DNA from: Entomortierella parvispora E1425
Lineage: Eukaryota > Fungi > Mortierellomycota
Length of the DNA stretch: 64,000 nt
Reading direction: 5' to 3'
NCBI GenBank assembly: GCA_020891255.1
Contig: BQFW01000013.1
Coordinates: 1,984,001 to 2,048,000, forward strand
The notes under the pieces were generated by a model. The model did no database searches. It was not told the origin of the DNA and saw only the letters and a list, made by a program, of their open reading frames with translations. Numbering within the stretch: position 1 is the first letter of the stretch; every line of letters starts with the position of its first letter. The translations under genes and the position numbers were made by a program. Below are positions 23,801 to 34,791 of the stretch, piece by piece.

Positions 23801-25955
23801 GGGTCGGTCTCGATCTTCATAGCATCACCACGGTCTGGGGGCAGGCCGTCCGGGAGTTTCTCCGGAAAGACATCAGCGAACTCTTCCATGACAATGGACC
23901 GCACCTCTGGGGGTCATATCGGGAATTGTACGCGGTTGGTCAGTTTCTTCAGAGGGCTCTGGGGTGTTGCGAATAAGGGCCAGGAACACCTCCGAGCCGG
24001 GCAGGGTTGCCATGGAATGAAAGTGCATGTGTGTGAGGAGGAGTCCTTTGGTGCGGCTTTGGATGTGATCGGCCTTGAAGCCGCGGCAGCTCCATTTGAC
24101 ATCGATTCCATTGTGAGTGAAATGAAGATCGTTGGTGCGCCAATTGATGCAAGGGTTAACTTTGGTGAGCCAGGGTTTGCCAAGGATGAGGTCGTATTTG
24201 TTGAGAGGATAGAGAATAGGGTTGAGCGAATCGGAGTAGTCGCTGCGGTTGAGGGTGATGGGGACGGTGTGTGATGTGAGGGAGGAAGAGCCATTGGGGA
24301 GGAGGATGGGGATGGGCAAGCATTCAGTGCGGAGGAGCTGGTGTCGCTTTTGAAAAGACGAACTGATAATATTACCTTCTGCACCACCATCAATCAGGAT
24401 TCTGGCAGCGTGGCCATTGACAGAACCGATGAAAGTGAGCAGTTGGCTCTCTGCCTTTTGGACAGTGAATTCGTGTAGGCGAATCGCACGACGCTTCAAC
24501 TTCTTCAACTGACTTTTTGGACAGAGGTACACTAGGTGCCGGCGGTACAGCGAGAGGGTCCGGTTCATCTGTATCGGAGGATCTAGGTAGAGGAGCGGAC
24601 AGGGCAACTGGAGCGGGCGAGGCAACAGGTTTTTTGGTTTGGTTTTGGTTTCGGTCCGATAGAACAACCAGAGCATCGTGGATGTGAGTTCGCTTGTCAT
24701 GATTGGAGTCATGTTTCTGAGGTGTAGAATCAAGTGAAGTTTTATTTGAGGTACTTAGCTCAGGGTTGTTGGCTACAGTTTCGACAACTGGGGTCCGGAC
24801 CGACCCTAGTTGCCGGAGGCTTTTCCCGAATCAGGGGATTCACCCGCGGTTACTTGATTAATTCCTCGGCTGCCGTTGCCGTACTTAGGGCAATTGGGAC
24901 TGATGTGACCCAATTCGCGGCAGCGGAAGCAGCCACCGTTACGTACAAGGTACTCTCGGTCGGCGGCGGTCAGGGGTGCGGGGCGATCTCGAGAAGGGTT
25001 GTTAGTACCGTTGGTGGGGCGGTTCTGTAAGGAGCGGTGAAGGGTGCCGAGTTGCTTGTGGATATTGTTGAGTTGGATATGAATATTGTCCACTTCCATT
25101 GCGTTGGGGTCGGTGATACCAGCAGAGGATCCCGAGGCAGCCAGTGCTTTGGCACCGAGTGATGGGTCTTCAGTGTGGAAGATACGACCGAACTCCTCCG
25201 CGGCCTTAAAGAGTCTGGGCAGATCTATGGTGTCGTTGCCTGCATTAACAATGGCCACTTCCAGCATCTGGCGAAGCTGAGTAGGTGCACCACTGAGAAA
25301 GGCAGTACGGATAGTATCGTTGAGAACTGCGTTGTCGGCGTAGTAAGACTGGAGGAGCAGGTGGTATTCACGGGCTTTGGTAATATAGGCCATGACGTTG
25401 GAGATGTTCAGTGGCAGTGTCATTTTCATTTGCATTGTGAGGGCGAGAATGTGCTCCTTAAACTTCGCAGGACTGAACTCGGTGGCAAGGAGCTCGCTGA
25501 AATCCGGGAATGAGGTGTCGGATGGCTTGTTTAAGAGTGCCCACCAGCCGATAACCTCATCGCCGGCAAAGGCAAGGGTAACCCCGACCTTGCGAGGTTC
25601 GGCAATTCCAGCGCCATCGAAGAAAAAGGTCATGCGTTTCAGAAAACCGAGAACAGAGAATCCGTCGCGCTTGCCGTTGAACGGTGTTGGATGAGGGAAT
25701 TTGAATGACGGTGTCGCGGGGTCCGTGTTGGGTGAATTGTCGAGGGAGAGTTGATCGAAGAGGGATACGAGGGGGTCCAGGGTGTGAGTGTGTCGGAGGG
25801 TCAGTGGGTCAGTGAGGTCAGTGGATCGAAAACCTTTGCTACCATGCAATAGGAGTATCGAGGGTGGAGTGGAGACAAGAAGTGAGTTTTATTATATTGC
25901 AAGTTTCTAGCTTTTGTAGGTACACATCGCGTGATGTCACCGTATTCCTGTTACA
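20888..25955 (-). mobile_element. Family A copy A4, 5068 bp, TSD GATGG, inserted in B RNaseH; several 1-bp indels and gag ATG changed to ACG
   Basis: Identical LTRs 20888-20998 and 25845-25955. GATGG at 20883-20887 and 25956-25960. pol is split into ORFs 23873-24733, 23554-23904 and 21009-23681. ACG at 25724-25726. Confidence 0.95.
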
Positions 25956-27497
25956 GATGGAGTTGCTACAGGAGTACAATTTCGACTTCCGGTACAAACG
26001 AGGTGTAGACAACATAGTGCCCGACGCCCTGTCCAGAAGACCAGACCACCAAGACAAACCACCAGATCAAGCATCCCTAGCATCCTTGCAGGTGGACATC
26101 GACCCCTCACTTCACGATCAACTACGCCAGGGATACGCCGATGACCCAAAGTGTATGAAGATCATGGAGTTACACAAAGACGCCGCCCCTACAGACCGCT
26201 ACTTCCTCAGTGAGGGTCTTTTGTTCACCAACATTGCACAAAATTCGGAATCAACTCCTGCACGATGCCCACGACTCCAAACTGACACCTCGGATTCGAC
26301 AAGACCTACGACCTCCTCTGCAGGCGCTTTTACTGGCCCCGCCTGGCCAAAGACACAAAAGCGTACGTTCTCTCATGCGACCTCTGCCAGAGGAACAAAC
26401 CATCCCTACAACAACCAGCGGGACTCTATATGCCACTTGCGATCCCAGGACAACGATGGGATACGGTCTCTATGGATTTTATTGTCAAACTACCAAAGAC
26501 AGCCCGTGGCTACGATGCGATCACTGTCTTCGTCGATAAACTGTCAAAGCAAGTCCATTTCTGCCCAAGCAACACCACCGATACAGCTGCTGATGTAGCA
26601 CGTATCTTCTTCCGAGAAGTCTTCCGACCGCGACTCACGATTCACAGGCCACTTCTGGACCACCCTCATGGGCCTTATGGACACCAAACTCGATATGTCA
26701 ACCGCGTTCCATCCCCAATCGGACGGTCAAACAGAGCGAGCCAATCGTACTCTAGAAGAGATGCTACGCGCCTATATCTCGTACAACCAAAAAGATTGGG
26801 ACGTCCTACTCCCAATGATGGAGTTTGCTTACAATAACTCCCAAAACCCGCCCACAGGCTTCTCTCCTTTCCGATTAAACTACGGGCACGATCCAGTTAC
26901 CCCGTCCGCATTACTGCACCCAATCCAAACCAACACTCCCGCAGCTACCGAGTTTATTTTGCAACAACAAAGCGCCCTCACGCAAGCTCAAGACGTCATC
27001 CATCAGGCACAGGAGCGGCAGAAAACACAAGCAGATAAGGCAAGACGACCATCAACCTTCAAAGTGGGCGACATGGTGCTCCTCAATGCAGACCACTTGT
27101 CACTTGCAGCTCGTCAAAACCGCCCAGCACGTAAACTGGAACCGAAATACATCGGCCCATTTCGGATCACACGTAAAGCCAACGACAACGCGTTTGAACT
27201 AGCCCTGCCTTCAACTATGAAACAGCATCCAGTTTTCAACACCGACCTATTGCGCCCCTACATACCATCTCCCCTTCCGATCACAACCGACGATGGTGAC
27301 GAAGAGTACGAGGTGGAACGGATACTGGACTACAAAATGGATCGTAAAACACCGAAATGGCTCGTTCTCTGGAAAGGCTACACCCTCGACGACGCCACTT
27401 GGGAACCAAAACGGTCTCTCGCAAATGCCCAAGAAGCACTCGCAGAGTTTGAACGCACCAGAAAACCTTGAGCCGTTTTTTTTTTAGAGGGGAAGGA

Positions 27498-27707
27498 TGC
27501 AAACAAATAGACCTCGTGCAACAGTCAAATCAGACTGACCGTGCAGCGCCTTCACTCACAGCAGAGCCACAAACAAAGGGTCAACTAAAACCACTACCAC
27601 CATTGCCACCATTGCCACCACCGCAACCTTTAGTATAAATACCCCGGACTTCATATCAATAAACATCATTCAATCTTCGTGCTCTTCCCTTGGCCTTTAC
27701 TATTGCA
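27498..27707 (+). repeat. Family B 3' LTR
   Basis: Direct repeat of 5452-5661, preceded by the PPT. Confidence 0.95.
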
Positions 27708-27712
27708 TGATA

Positions 27713-28396
27713 TCTGACGGTTCGTGACAAGGGATCTAATCAGTAAGAGCAAGGCTAGAAGTATTCTATCAGGGAAAGGGGACAAGGCCGCCTAACTGAG
27801 GGTTCAGGAGGGACTCGAGGGAAGGCGACGAGAAGATAAGGGAGGTTCCCAAGCACCAGTTAAGGTCTCAGGGTGCCCAAGCGCCAGTTAAGGCCTCAGG
27901 GTGGGATGCCAAGATCGTACAAGCCCACTCAAAAGAGACAAGACATTGTTGGTACCTCGTAAGTGAGCAAGGACACGGAGAACTGGTTGGCTGAGGTTCT
28001 TGACGGGACTTGTCGAGGACGGGGAAGATCGTAACTTGTGAGTGTACAAGGTCGATCGACAGAACGCAATAGGTCTGTGATATCCAAAGGTAAGGGGGGG
28101 AGGAGGTTTAGACTAGATACTAATAGTCTCAGCAATCGGAATTAAGGCGTCGAGCTTGCTGCTGCTGCAAAGGGGATATCGGGCAGGAAGGGGGGGATGT
28201 GTGTTTGTGTTCTGAAGGGTTCAACAAAAGTGTACTGGCAGGAATCGTAAAGGAAAAAGGCAACCAGGAGCAAAATGGATTTTGCTCCCTTCTTTATAGA
28301 AAAAAAAACTGAAACTAAACAAAATAATAAATGCTACTGAAAATATATCTCTACTCCGATGGATGTGGACCGGGACTCCACATCTACTACACCACA
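27713..28396 (-). mobile_element. D' LTR-like sequence (reverse copy), target of the B insertion
   Basis: Reverse complement of 36646-37311. Terminus TGTGGTGTAGTAGAT and a ~130-bp core are shared with D1/D2. Flanked by GCGC at 28397-28400. Confidence 0.85.
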
Positions 28397-28540
28397 GCGC
28401 ATCCGTTTTTTTAGTTGATCCTGTAGTGCTGTAACAGGAATACGGTGACACCACGCGATGTGTACCTACAAAAGCTAGAAACTTGCAATATAATAAAACT
28501 CACTTCTTGTCTCCACTCCACCCTCGATACTCCTATTGCA

Positions 28541-28571
28541 TGGTAGCAAAGGTTTTCGATCCACTGACCTC
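28541..28571 (+). promoter_or_regulatory. Primer-binding site complementary to initiator tRNA-Met, extended into the T-arm
   Basis: TGGTAGCAAAGG followed by TTTCGATCCACTGACCTC, the complement of GAGGTCAGTGGATCGAAA. GGATCGAAA is the eukaryotic initiator-tRNA T-loop signature. Confidence 0.8.
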
Positions 28572-28658
28572 ACTGACCCACTGACCCTCCGACACACTCA
28601 CACCCTGGACCCCCTCGTATCCCTCTTCGATCAACTCTCCCTCGACAATTCACCCAAC

Positions 28659-29579
28659 ATGGACTCCGCGACACCGTCATTCAAATTCCCTCATCCAACA
28701 CCGTTCAACGGCAAGCGCGACGGATTCTCTGTTCTCGGTTTTCTGAAACGCATGACCTTTTTCTTCGATGGCGCTGGAATTGCCGAATCTCGCAAGGTCG
28801 GGGTTACCCTTGCCTTTGCCGGCGATGAGGTTATCGGCTGGTGGGCACTCTTAAACAAGCCATCCGACACCTCATTCCCGGATTTCAGCGAGCTCCTTGC
28901 CGCCGAGTTCAGCCCTGCGAAGTTTAAGGAGCACATTCTCGCCCTCACAATGCAAATGAAAATGACACTGCCACTGAACATCTCCAACGTCATGGCCTAT
29001 ATTATCAAAGCCCGTGAATACCACCTACTCCTCCAGTCTTACTACGTCGACAACACAGTTCTCAACGATACTATCCGTACTGCCTTTCTCAGTGGTGCAC
29101 CTACTCAGCTTCGCCAGATGCTGGAAGTGGCCATTGTTAATGCAGGCAACGACACCATAGATCTGCCCAGACTCTTCAAGGCCGCGGAGGAGTTCGGTCG
29201 TATCTTCCACACTGGAGACCCATCACTCGGTGCCAAAGCACTGGCTGCCTCGGGATCCTCTGCTGGTATCACCGACCCCAACGCAATGGAGGTGGACAAT
29301 ATTCATATCCAACTCAACAATATCCACAAGCAACTCGGCACCCTTCACCGCTCCTTACAGAACCGCCCCACCAACGGTACTAACAACCCTTCTCGAGATC
29401 GCCCCGCACCCCTGACCGCCGCCGACCGAGAGTACCTTGTACGTAACGGTGGCTGCTTCCGCTGCCGCGAATTGGGTCACATCAGTCCCAATTGCCCCAA
29501 GTACGGCAACGGCAGCCGAGGAATTAATCAAGTAACCGCGGGTGAATCCCCTGATTCGGGAAAAGCCTCCGGCAACTAG
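28659..29579 (+). CDS. gag: A5 Gag
   Basis: ATG at 28659; CCHC knuckle. Confidence 0.9.
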   Translation: MDSATPSFKFPHPTPFNGKRDGFSVLGFLKRMTFFFDGAGIAESRKVGVTLAFAGDEVIGWWALLNKPSDTSFPDFSELLAAEFSPAKFKEHILALTMQMKMTLPLNISNVMAYIIKAREYHLLLQSYYVDNTVLNDTIRTAFLSGAPTQLRQMLEVAIVNAGNDTIDLPRLFKAAEEFGRIFHTGDPSLGAKALAASGSSAGITDPNAMEVDNIHIQLNNIHKQLGTLHRSLQNRPTNGTNNPSRDRPAPLTAADREYLVRNGGCFRCRELGHISPNCPKYGNGSRGINQVTAGESPDSGKASGN

Positions 29580-29603
29580 GGTCGGTCCGGACCCCAGTTG
29601 TCG
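29558..29603 (+). promoter_or_regulatory. Predicted -1 frameshift signal of family A (G GGA AAA, 5-nt spacer, 13-bp hairpin); also at 3556-3562, 13196-13202 and 24821-24827 on minus
   Basis: CGGCAACT-A-GGGTC pairs with GACCC-C-AGTTGTCG; the -1 frame is stop-free for more than 100 codons. Confidence 0.8.
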
Positions 29604-32600
29604 AAACTGTAGCCAACAACCCTGAGCTAAGTACCTCAAATAAAACTTCACTTGATTCTACACCTCAGAAACATGACTCCAATCATGACAAGCGAACTCA
29701 CATCCACGATGCTCTGGTTGTTCTATCGGACCGAAACCAAAACCAAACCAAAAAACCTGTTGCCTCGCCCGCTCCAGTTGCCCTGTCCGCTCCTCTACCT
29801 AGATCCTCCGATACAGATGAACCGGACCCTCTCGCTGTACCGCCGGCACCTAGTGTACCTCTGTCCAAAAAGTCAGTTGAAGAAGTTGAAGCGTCGTGCG
29901 ATTCGCCTACACGAATTCACTGTCCAAAAGGCAGAGAGCCAACTGCTCACTTTCATCGGTTCTGTCAATGGCCACGCTGCCAGAATCCTGATTGATGGTG
30001 GTGCAGAAGGTAATATTATCAGTTCGTCTTTTCAAAAGCGACACCAGCTCCTCCGCACTGAATGCTTGCCCATCCCCATCCTCCTCCCCAATGGCTCTTC
30101 CTCCCTCACATCACACACCGTCCCCATCACCCTCAACCGCAGCGACTACTCCGATTCGCTCAACCCTATTCTCTATCCTCTCAACAAGTACGACCTCATC
30201 CTTGGCAAACCCTGGCTCACCAAAGTTAACCCTTGCATCAATTGGCGCACCAATGATCTTCATTTCACTCACAATGGAATCGATGTCAAATGGAGCTGCC
30301 GCGGCTTCAAGGCCGATCACATCCAAAGCCGCACCAAAGGACTCCTCCTCACACACATGCACTTTCATTCCATGGCAACCCTGCCCGGCTCGGAGGTGTT
30401 CCTGGCCCTTATTCGCAACACCCCAGAGCCCTCTGAAGAAACTGACCAACCGCGTACAATTCCCGATATGACCCCCAGAGGTGCGGTCCATTGTCATGGA
30501 AGAGTTCGCTGATGTCTTTCCGGAGAAACTCCCGGACGGCCTGCCCCCAGACCGTGGTGATGCTATGAAGATCGAGACCGACCCGACAGCCGACCCACCC
30601 TTCCGCCCTGTCATTAGACTTTCAATCGCCGAGCTTGACGAACTTCGCAAACAACTGGACCAATTGCTAGCAGCAGGTTTTATCAAGCCCAGTACCTCTC
30701 CCTATGGCGCCCCCGTGCTCTTTGTGCGGAAGAAGGACGGCACACTCCGAATGTGCGTCGACTACCGTGGCCTCAACAAGATCACCAGGAAGAACAGACA
30801 CCCGTTGCCCCGTATCGACGAGCTACTTGACCGCTTCCGTGGAGCACGCTATTACTCCAAGTTGGACTTGTTATCCGGTTATCATCAGCAGCGTATCTTT
30901 GAACCACACACACACAAGACTGCCTTCCGTTGTCGCTATGGTCACTTTGAGTTCAATGTTGTTCCCTTTGGCCTTACTAACGCTCCTGCTTCGTTCTCCA
31001 ATATGATGTTGCGAGTACTCGATCCAGTCTTGGACAAATGGGTTGTCGTGTATCTCGACGATCTGTTGATCTACTCCAAGACAAAGAAAGAACACCTGCA
31101 GCATCTCCGAAGCGTCCTGGCTCTCCTCCGCAAGAATGGTCTGTACGCGAAATTGAGCAAGTGCTCCTTCATGCAAGACGAAACTGAATTTTTGGGCCAC
31201 ACCATCACGAAGGACGGGATCAAAACATCGGCCGGGCTCAGCAAAGCCATCAGTGACTGGCCCACCCCCAAGAGCACAAAGGACGTCCAGCAATTTTTGG
31301 GGCTTGCGCAATTTTATCAACAGTACGTATCGGGCTTTGCAGGGATTGCCCTCCCTCTCTCTTCCCTCCTCGCCAACAACACTCCCTTCAAATGGACCGA
31401 CGAACAACAATCTGCATTCCTTCAGCTCAAACGCGCCATCTGCTCCGCCCCCGTCCTCCGCATCTTCGACCCCGATCTCCTCACCTTTGTCGAAACAGAT
31501 GCATCCGGTTTCGCCATCGGTGCAGTGCTGCTGCAGACTGACCGGGAAGGGAATACCCATCCCATCGCATTCACTTCCAGGAAAATGCAGTCAGCTGAGC
31601 GGAACTACCCTGTCCATGAGCAGGAACTGTTGGCTGTCATCCATGCGCTCCGCACTTGGCGCCACTTTCCCACACAGCCCAAACTCACTCGTCGACAGGC
31701 TCGCTGGATGGAGTTGCTTCAGGAATACGACTTTGACTTTACAACATCGTCCCAGACGCTCTCTCCCGACGACCGGACTACCGCGAGCCTGACCCTGTTG
31801 AGCTATACAACCTAAGCGTCTCCCTGTCCCCGGACGTCCGTGACCAGCTTGTCCAGGACTACAACGACGATCCTCGACTTGGACCCATCTACAAGGATTG
31901 CCTGCATGGGAAGGTTGCCAATGGATATTCATTCCAGAACAACCTCCTCTACTTTACCCGACGTGGAGCAACCACCCCGGCCATCCCTCGGCACTCCCCG
32001 ATCCGCCACTGCTGGACACTTTGGTTTTCAGAAGACTTACGACAACCTGCGCCGTTTCGTATATTGGCCCCACATCGCCAAGGATACCCAGCAGTATGTA
32101 GCAACCTGCGAGAAGTGTCAAAGGAACAAGGACTCCCAGGATCGACCAGCTGGACTCTTGCAACCTCACCATGGACTTCATCGGCCCTCTTCCGCCCACA
32201 GCTAGAAATTTTGACGCCATCACAGTGTTTGTCGACAAGCTCAGCAAACAAGCTCACTTCGTTCCCAGTACTACCTCTGCCACAGCCGTCGACGTCGCCC
32301 ACCAGTTTTTTAACAACATCTTCAAGCTGCATGGCACACCAACATCCATCATCTCGGACCGCGACACTCGATTCACTAGTAGATTCTGGCAAGAGTTGCA
32401 CAGGCTAATGGATGTCAAACTTGCACTGTCAACCACCTACCACCCACAGACGGATGGGCAGACAGAGGTTATGAACAAGACGCTGAAGACTATGTTGAGA
32501 GCGTTTATTGACAACAAGCAGTCTAACTGGGACCAGCTCCTTCCGTCACTGGAATTCGCCTATAACAACGCTGTCAATGCATCCACGGGATACTCGCCGT

Positions 32601-33359
32601 TCTTCCTCAACTCTGGCCAGCACCCTCGTCTCCCCACCGCTCTCCTCGGTAAACCCAACAGCTCAGTCCCCACTGTCGATACCTTCCTGACTGAACAGGC
32701 GACCACCCTTGCCCTGGCCCAGGATGCTCTGCAGCGTGCTCAGGATCATCAGGAGCAACAGGCAAACAAGCGACGACGGGATCACAAGTACAAGGTTGGC
32801 GATAAGGTCCTGCTGCGTGCCACCAATATCACCATCCCAGCCGACAGTATCAGACCAGCCGATAAGCTTCGACCTCAATTCCTTGGCCCGTTCACACTTT
32901 TGGAGCAACACTCACCTGTCACCTTCCGCGTCGAGCTGCCACCATTCTACAAAATCCATGACGTCTTCCACGTTGATACCTTTCGACCCTACTTGCCGTC
33001 CCCGGAGTCACTCGGCATTCGAGCTCCAGCCCCCGTGGATCCCACTGTAATTGACGGCGAAGAGGAGTATGAAGTGGACGAAATTTTAAAGTACCGCTTC
33101 TACCGCAGACAACACCAGTTCCTAGTGTCATTCAAAGGCTACGGCAGAGAAGCTGACGAATGGCTCCCAGTAAGCAACTTGGACAACTGCATGGACTTGG
33201 TCACAACCTTCAAAGAGCAGCACGGTATCATTTTTTAAAAGGGGGAGGTGTAACAGGAATACGGTGACATCACGCGATGTGTACCTACAAAAGCTAGAAA
33301 CTTGCAATATAATAAAACTCACTTCTTGTCTCCACTCCACCCTCGATACTCCTATTGCA

Positions 33360-34791
33360 GCCCATGTCCACTTGATCATTTTTGCACTTTTTTGTGACGT
33401 GGCTTTATTTGGTTCCTGAGCATTCCAGGCACGGTCCACCAGTTCCAAAATTGAACACCTCGACGCGTCAGCTTCCTCCGGTCATTTTGGTCACTCATTA
33501 CTCCATCATCGCTCAAGGCAATGAAGCCCATTCCTCCTTCAAAGGTCAATGATATCAAACAGCAACTTTTACAAGGAAAACCTCTTCGCGAGGTCGCTCG
33601 AGCTTTCAACGTGTCACCAGGTTCAGTTGCAACAATCAGGAAAACCATTCAGGAGAACGTCCCGCCACCATGCATTGGCCGACCTAAGAAGATTTCCGAT
33701 CAAACTCGAAAGTTAATTGCACGGGAATTAAACAACGGCATACTTTTGACGATGAAGGATGCAGTTCGGGAAATCAGAATCTTGGATGGAAGGCAGGTTC
33801 ATCGAACCACGGTCCAGCGCAATCTCAAGGACTTCGGGGTGAAGGCATGGGTCAAACCAAAGAAACCAAAACTTGAGCCGCATCAGCGACAAGCTCGGTA
33901 TGCATTCGCTCGGCGACATGAGAAGTGGACGATTGACCAATGGAAGAACGTAATGTTCTCAGATGAGTCGAGTATAAGTCGCATAGGGTCCTTCGGAAGA
34001 CAGTACTTTTACTCCGATAGGGAGCACAAGCGTTCAGAGCCTCACCAAGTCAAGGAAACCAAGCAGAGTGGCGGAGGGAAAATTATGGTCTGGGGTTGCA
34101 TGACCTACTACGGCCTTGGTGACCTTTCTTGGATCCCGGGAAAGATCAATTTCGGATCAGTACCTTACTGTGCTCAAGGATTATGTCCTCCAAAGTCGCG
34201 ACTGGTTTGGCATGGACAGAGAGACATTCATCTTTCAGCAGGACAATGCCAGCATTCACACTGCGCGTATTATCAAAGACTATTTTTCAGAGCAACAACT
34301 CACCGTTTTGGAGTGGCCAGCCAATTCGCCGGACCTCAACCCTATAGAAAACCTCTGGGCAATCATAAAACGACAACTGGATGAGTTTAAAGTTCGCCCA
34401 AAGAACTTTGACGAGCTATGGGAGAATGTCCAACAAATTTGGGAAAAAATAAGTTTGGAGGACATTCAGAATCTTTATGACAGTCTTCCCAATCGCATAC
34501 AGCAAGTGCTAAAGCGTAAGGGAGGTCATTCTGACTACTGAGGGGACCTCTATCAACGTTGCAGCAATAAAGGCAAAAAAATGCAAAAGTGATCAAGTGG
34601 ACATGGGCGAATTGAGTGTTCATTCATTTCTCATTGCATTTATTGATCTGAACTCAAACCTAAACTAAACTATGTGAAAAATACCAAGGACACGTTAGTA
34701 GGGAGGGGGTAAGGTGAAATTAGATGGAGGGAATGCAAATGGCATTCATGTCGAAATCAGCAAATCATCTGATCATTTTTGCACAGCACTG
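33360..34791 (+). mobile_element. Tc1/mariner DNA transposon (DD34E), left end truncated by A5, inserted at TA in E RT
   Basis: Right terminus ...CAGCACTG followed by TA (34792-34793). Bases 33360-33394 match 34574-34608 as an inverted repeat (33/35). Confidence 0.92.
33521..34541 (+). pseudogene. Tc1 transposase, ~340 aa, with a +1 T at 34150-34152
   Basis: HTH N-terminus, FSDES, QQDNASIH and WPANSPDLNPIENLW, with 34 residues between D2 and E. Two overlapping ORFs join as KINSDQYL if one T is removed. Confidence 0.9.

Larger units (their letters stand above)
18354..27471 (+). pseudogene. pol: B pol: join(18354-19213,19726-20887,25961-27471), interrupted by D2 and A4, with several short deletions
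   Basis: ILIDGGAEG, YLDD, TDASG, integrase core and chromodomain EEYEVERIL...LWKGY...TWEP. Frames rejoin across TSDs ACGT and GATGG. Confidence 0.9.
5452..27707 (+). mobile_element. Ty3/Gypsy chromovirus family B (210-bp LTRs, TSD TGATA), host of C, D1, D2 and A4
   Basis: LTRs 5452-5661 and 27498-27707 (TGCAA...TTGCA, one mismatch). TGATA at 5447-5451 and 27708-27712. PBS TGGTAGCAAAGG at 5663; PPT AGAGGGGAAGGA before 27498. Confidence 0.95.
28430..33359 (+). mobile_element. Family A copy A5, 4930 bp, four short internal deletions, non-matching flanks
   Basis: LTRs 28430-28540 and 33249-33359 (one mismatch). PBS at 28541; PPT AAAAGGGGGAGG. Flanks are AGTGC and GCCCA. gag 28659-29579; pol broken into 29652-30512, 30481-31815 and 32171-33238. 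Confidence 0.95.

Noticed and set aside
28421-28433. AGTGCTGT match to the Tc1 terminus as the missing left end
   Set aside because: Only 8 nt, partly contributed by the A LTR start, and lacking the TA-CAGTG context; likely chance.
28541-28575. tRNA gene (T-loop-like GGATCGAAA on the minus strand)
   Set aside because: Only the 3' half matches, with no D or anticodon arm; it abuts the LTR in every A copy, so it is a PBS.
31655-32170. A5 deletions as spliced-out introns in a retrocopied RNA
   Set aside because: The deleted segments are 19-54 bp and lack GT...AG ends on either strand.
75-33131. Numerous 60-230 aa antisense and overlapping ORFs repeated in each A copy
   Set aside because: They are shadows of gag/pol; the repetition reflects copy identity, and no motifs were recognised.
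4580-33359. Recurrent 111-bp repeat as a CRISPR-like or satellite array
   Set aside because: Copies are kb apart, TG...CA bounded, flanked by PBS/PPT and TSDs; they are LTRs.
1-33359. RIP-like hypermutation of repeats
   Set aside because: A copies are near-identical with long open frames and only scattered transitions; no dense C-to-T pattern is visible.
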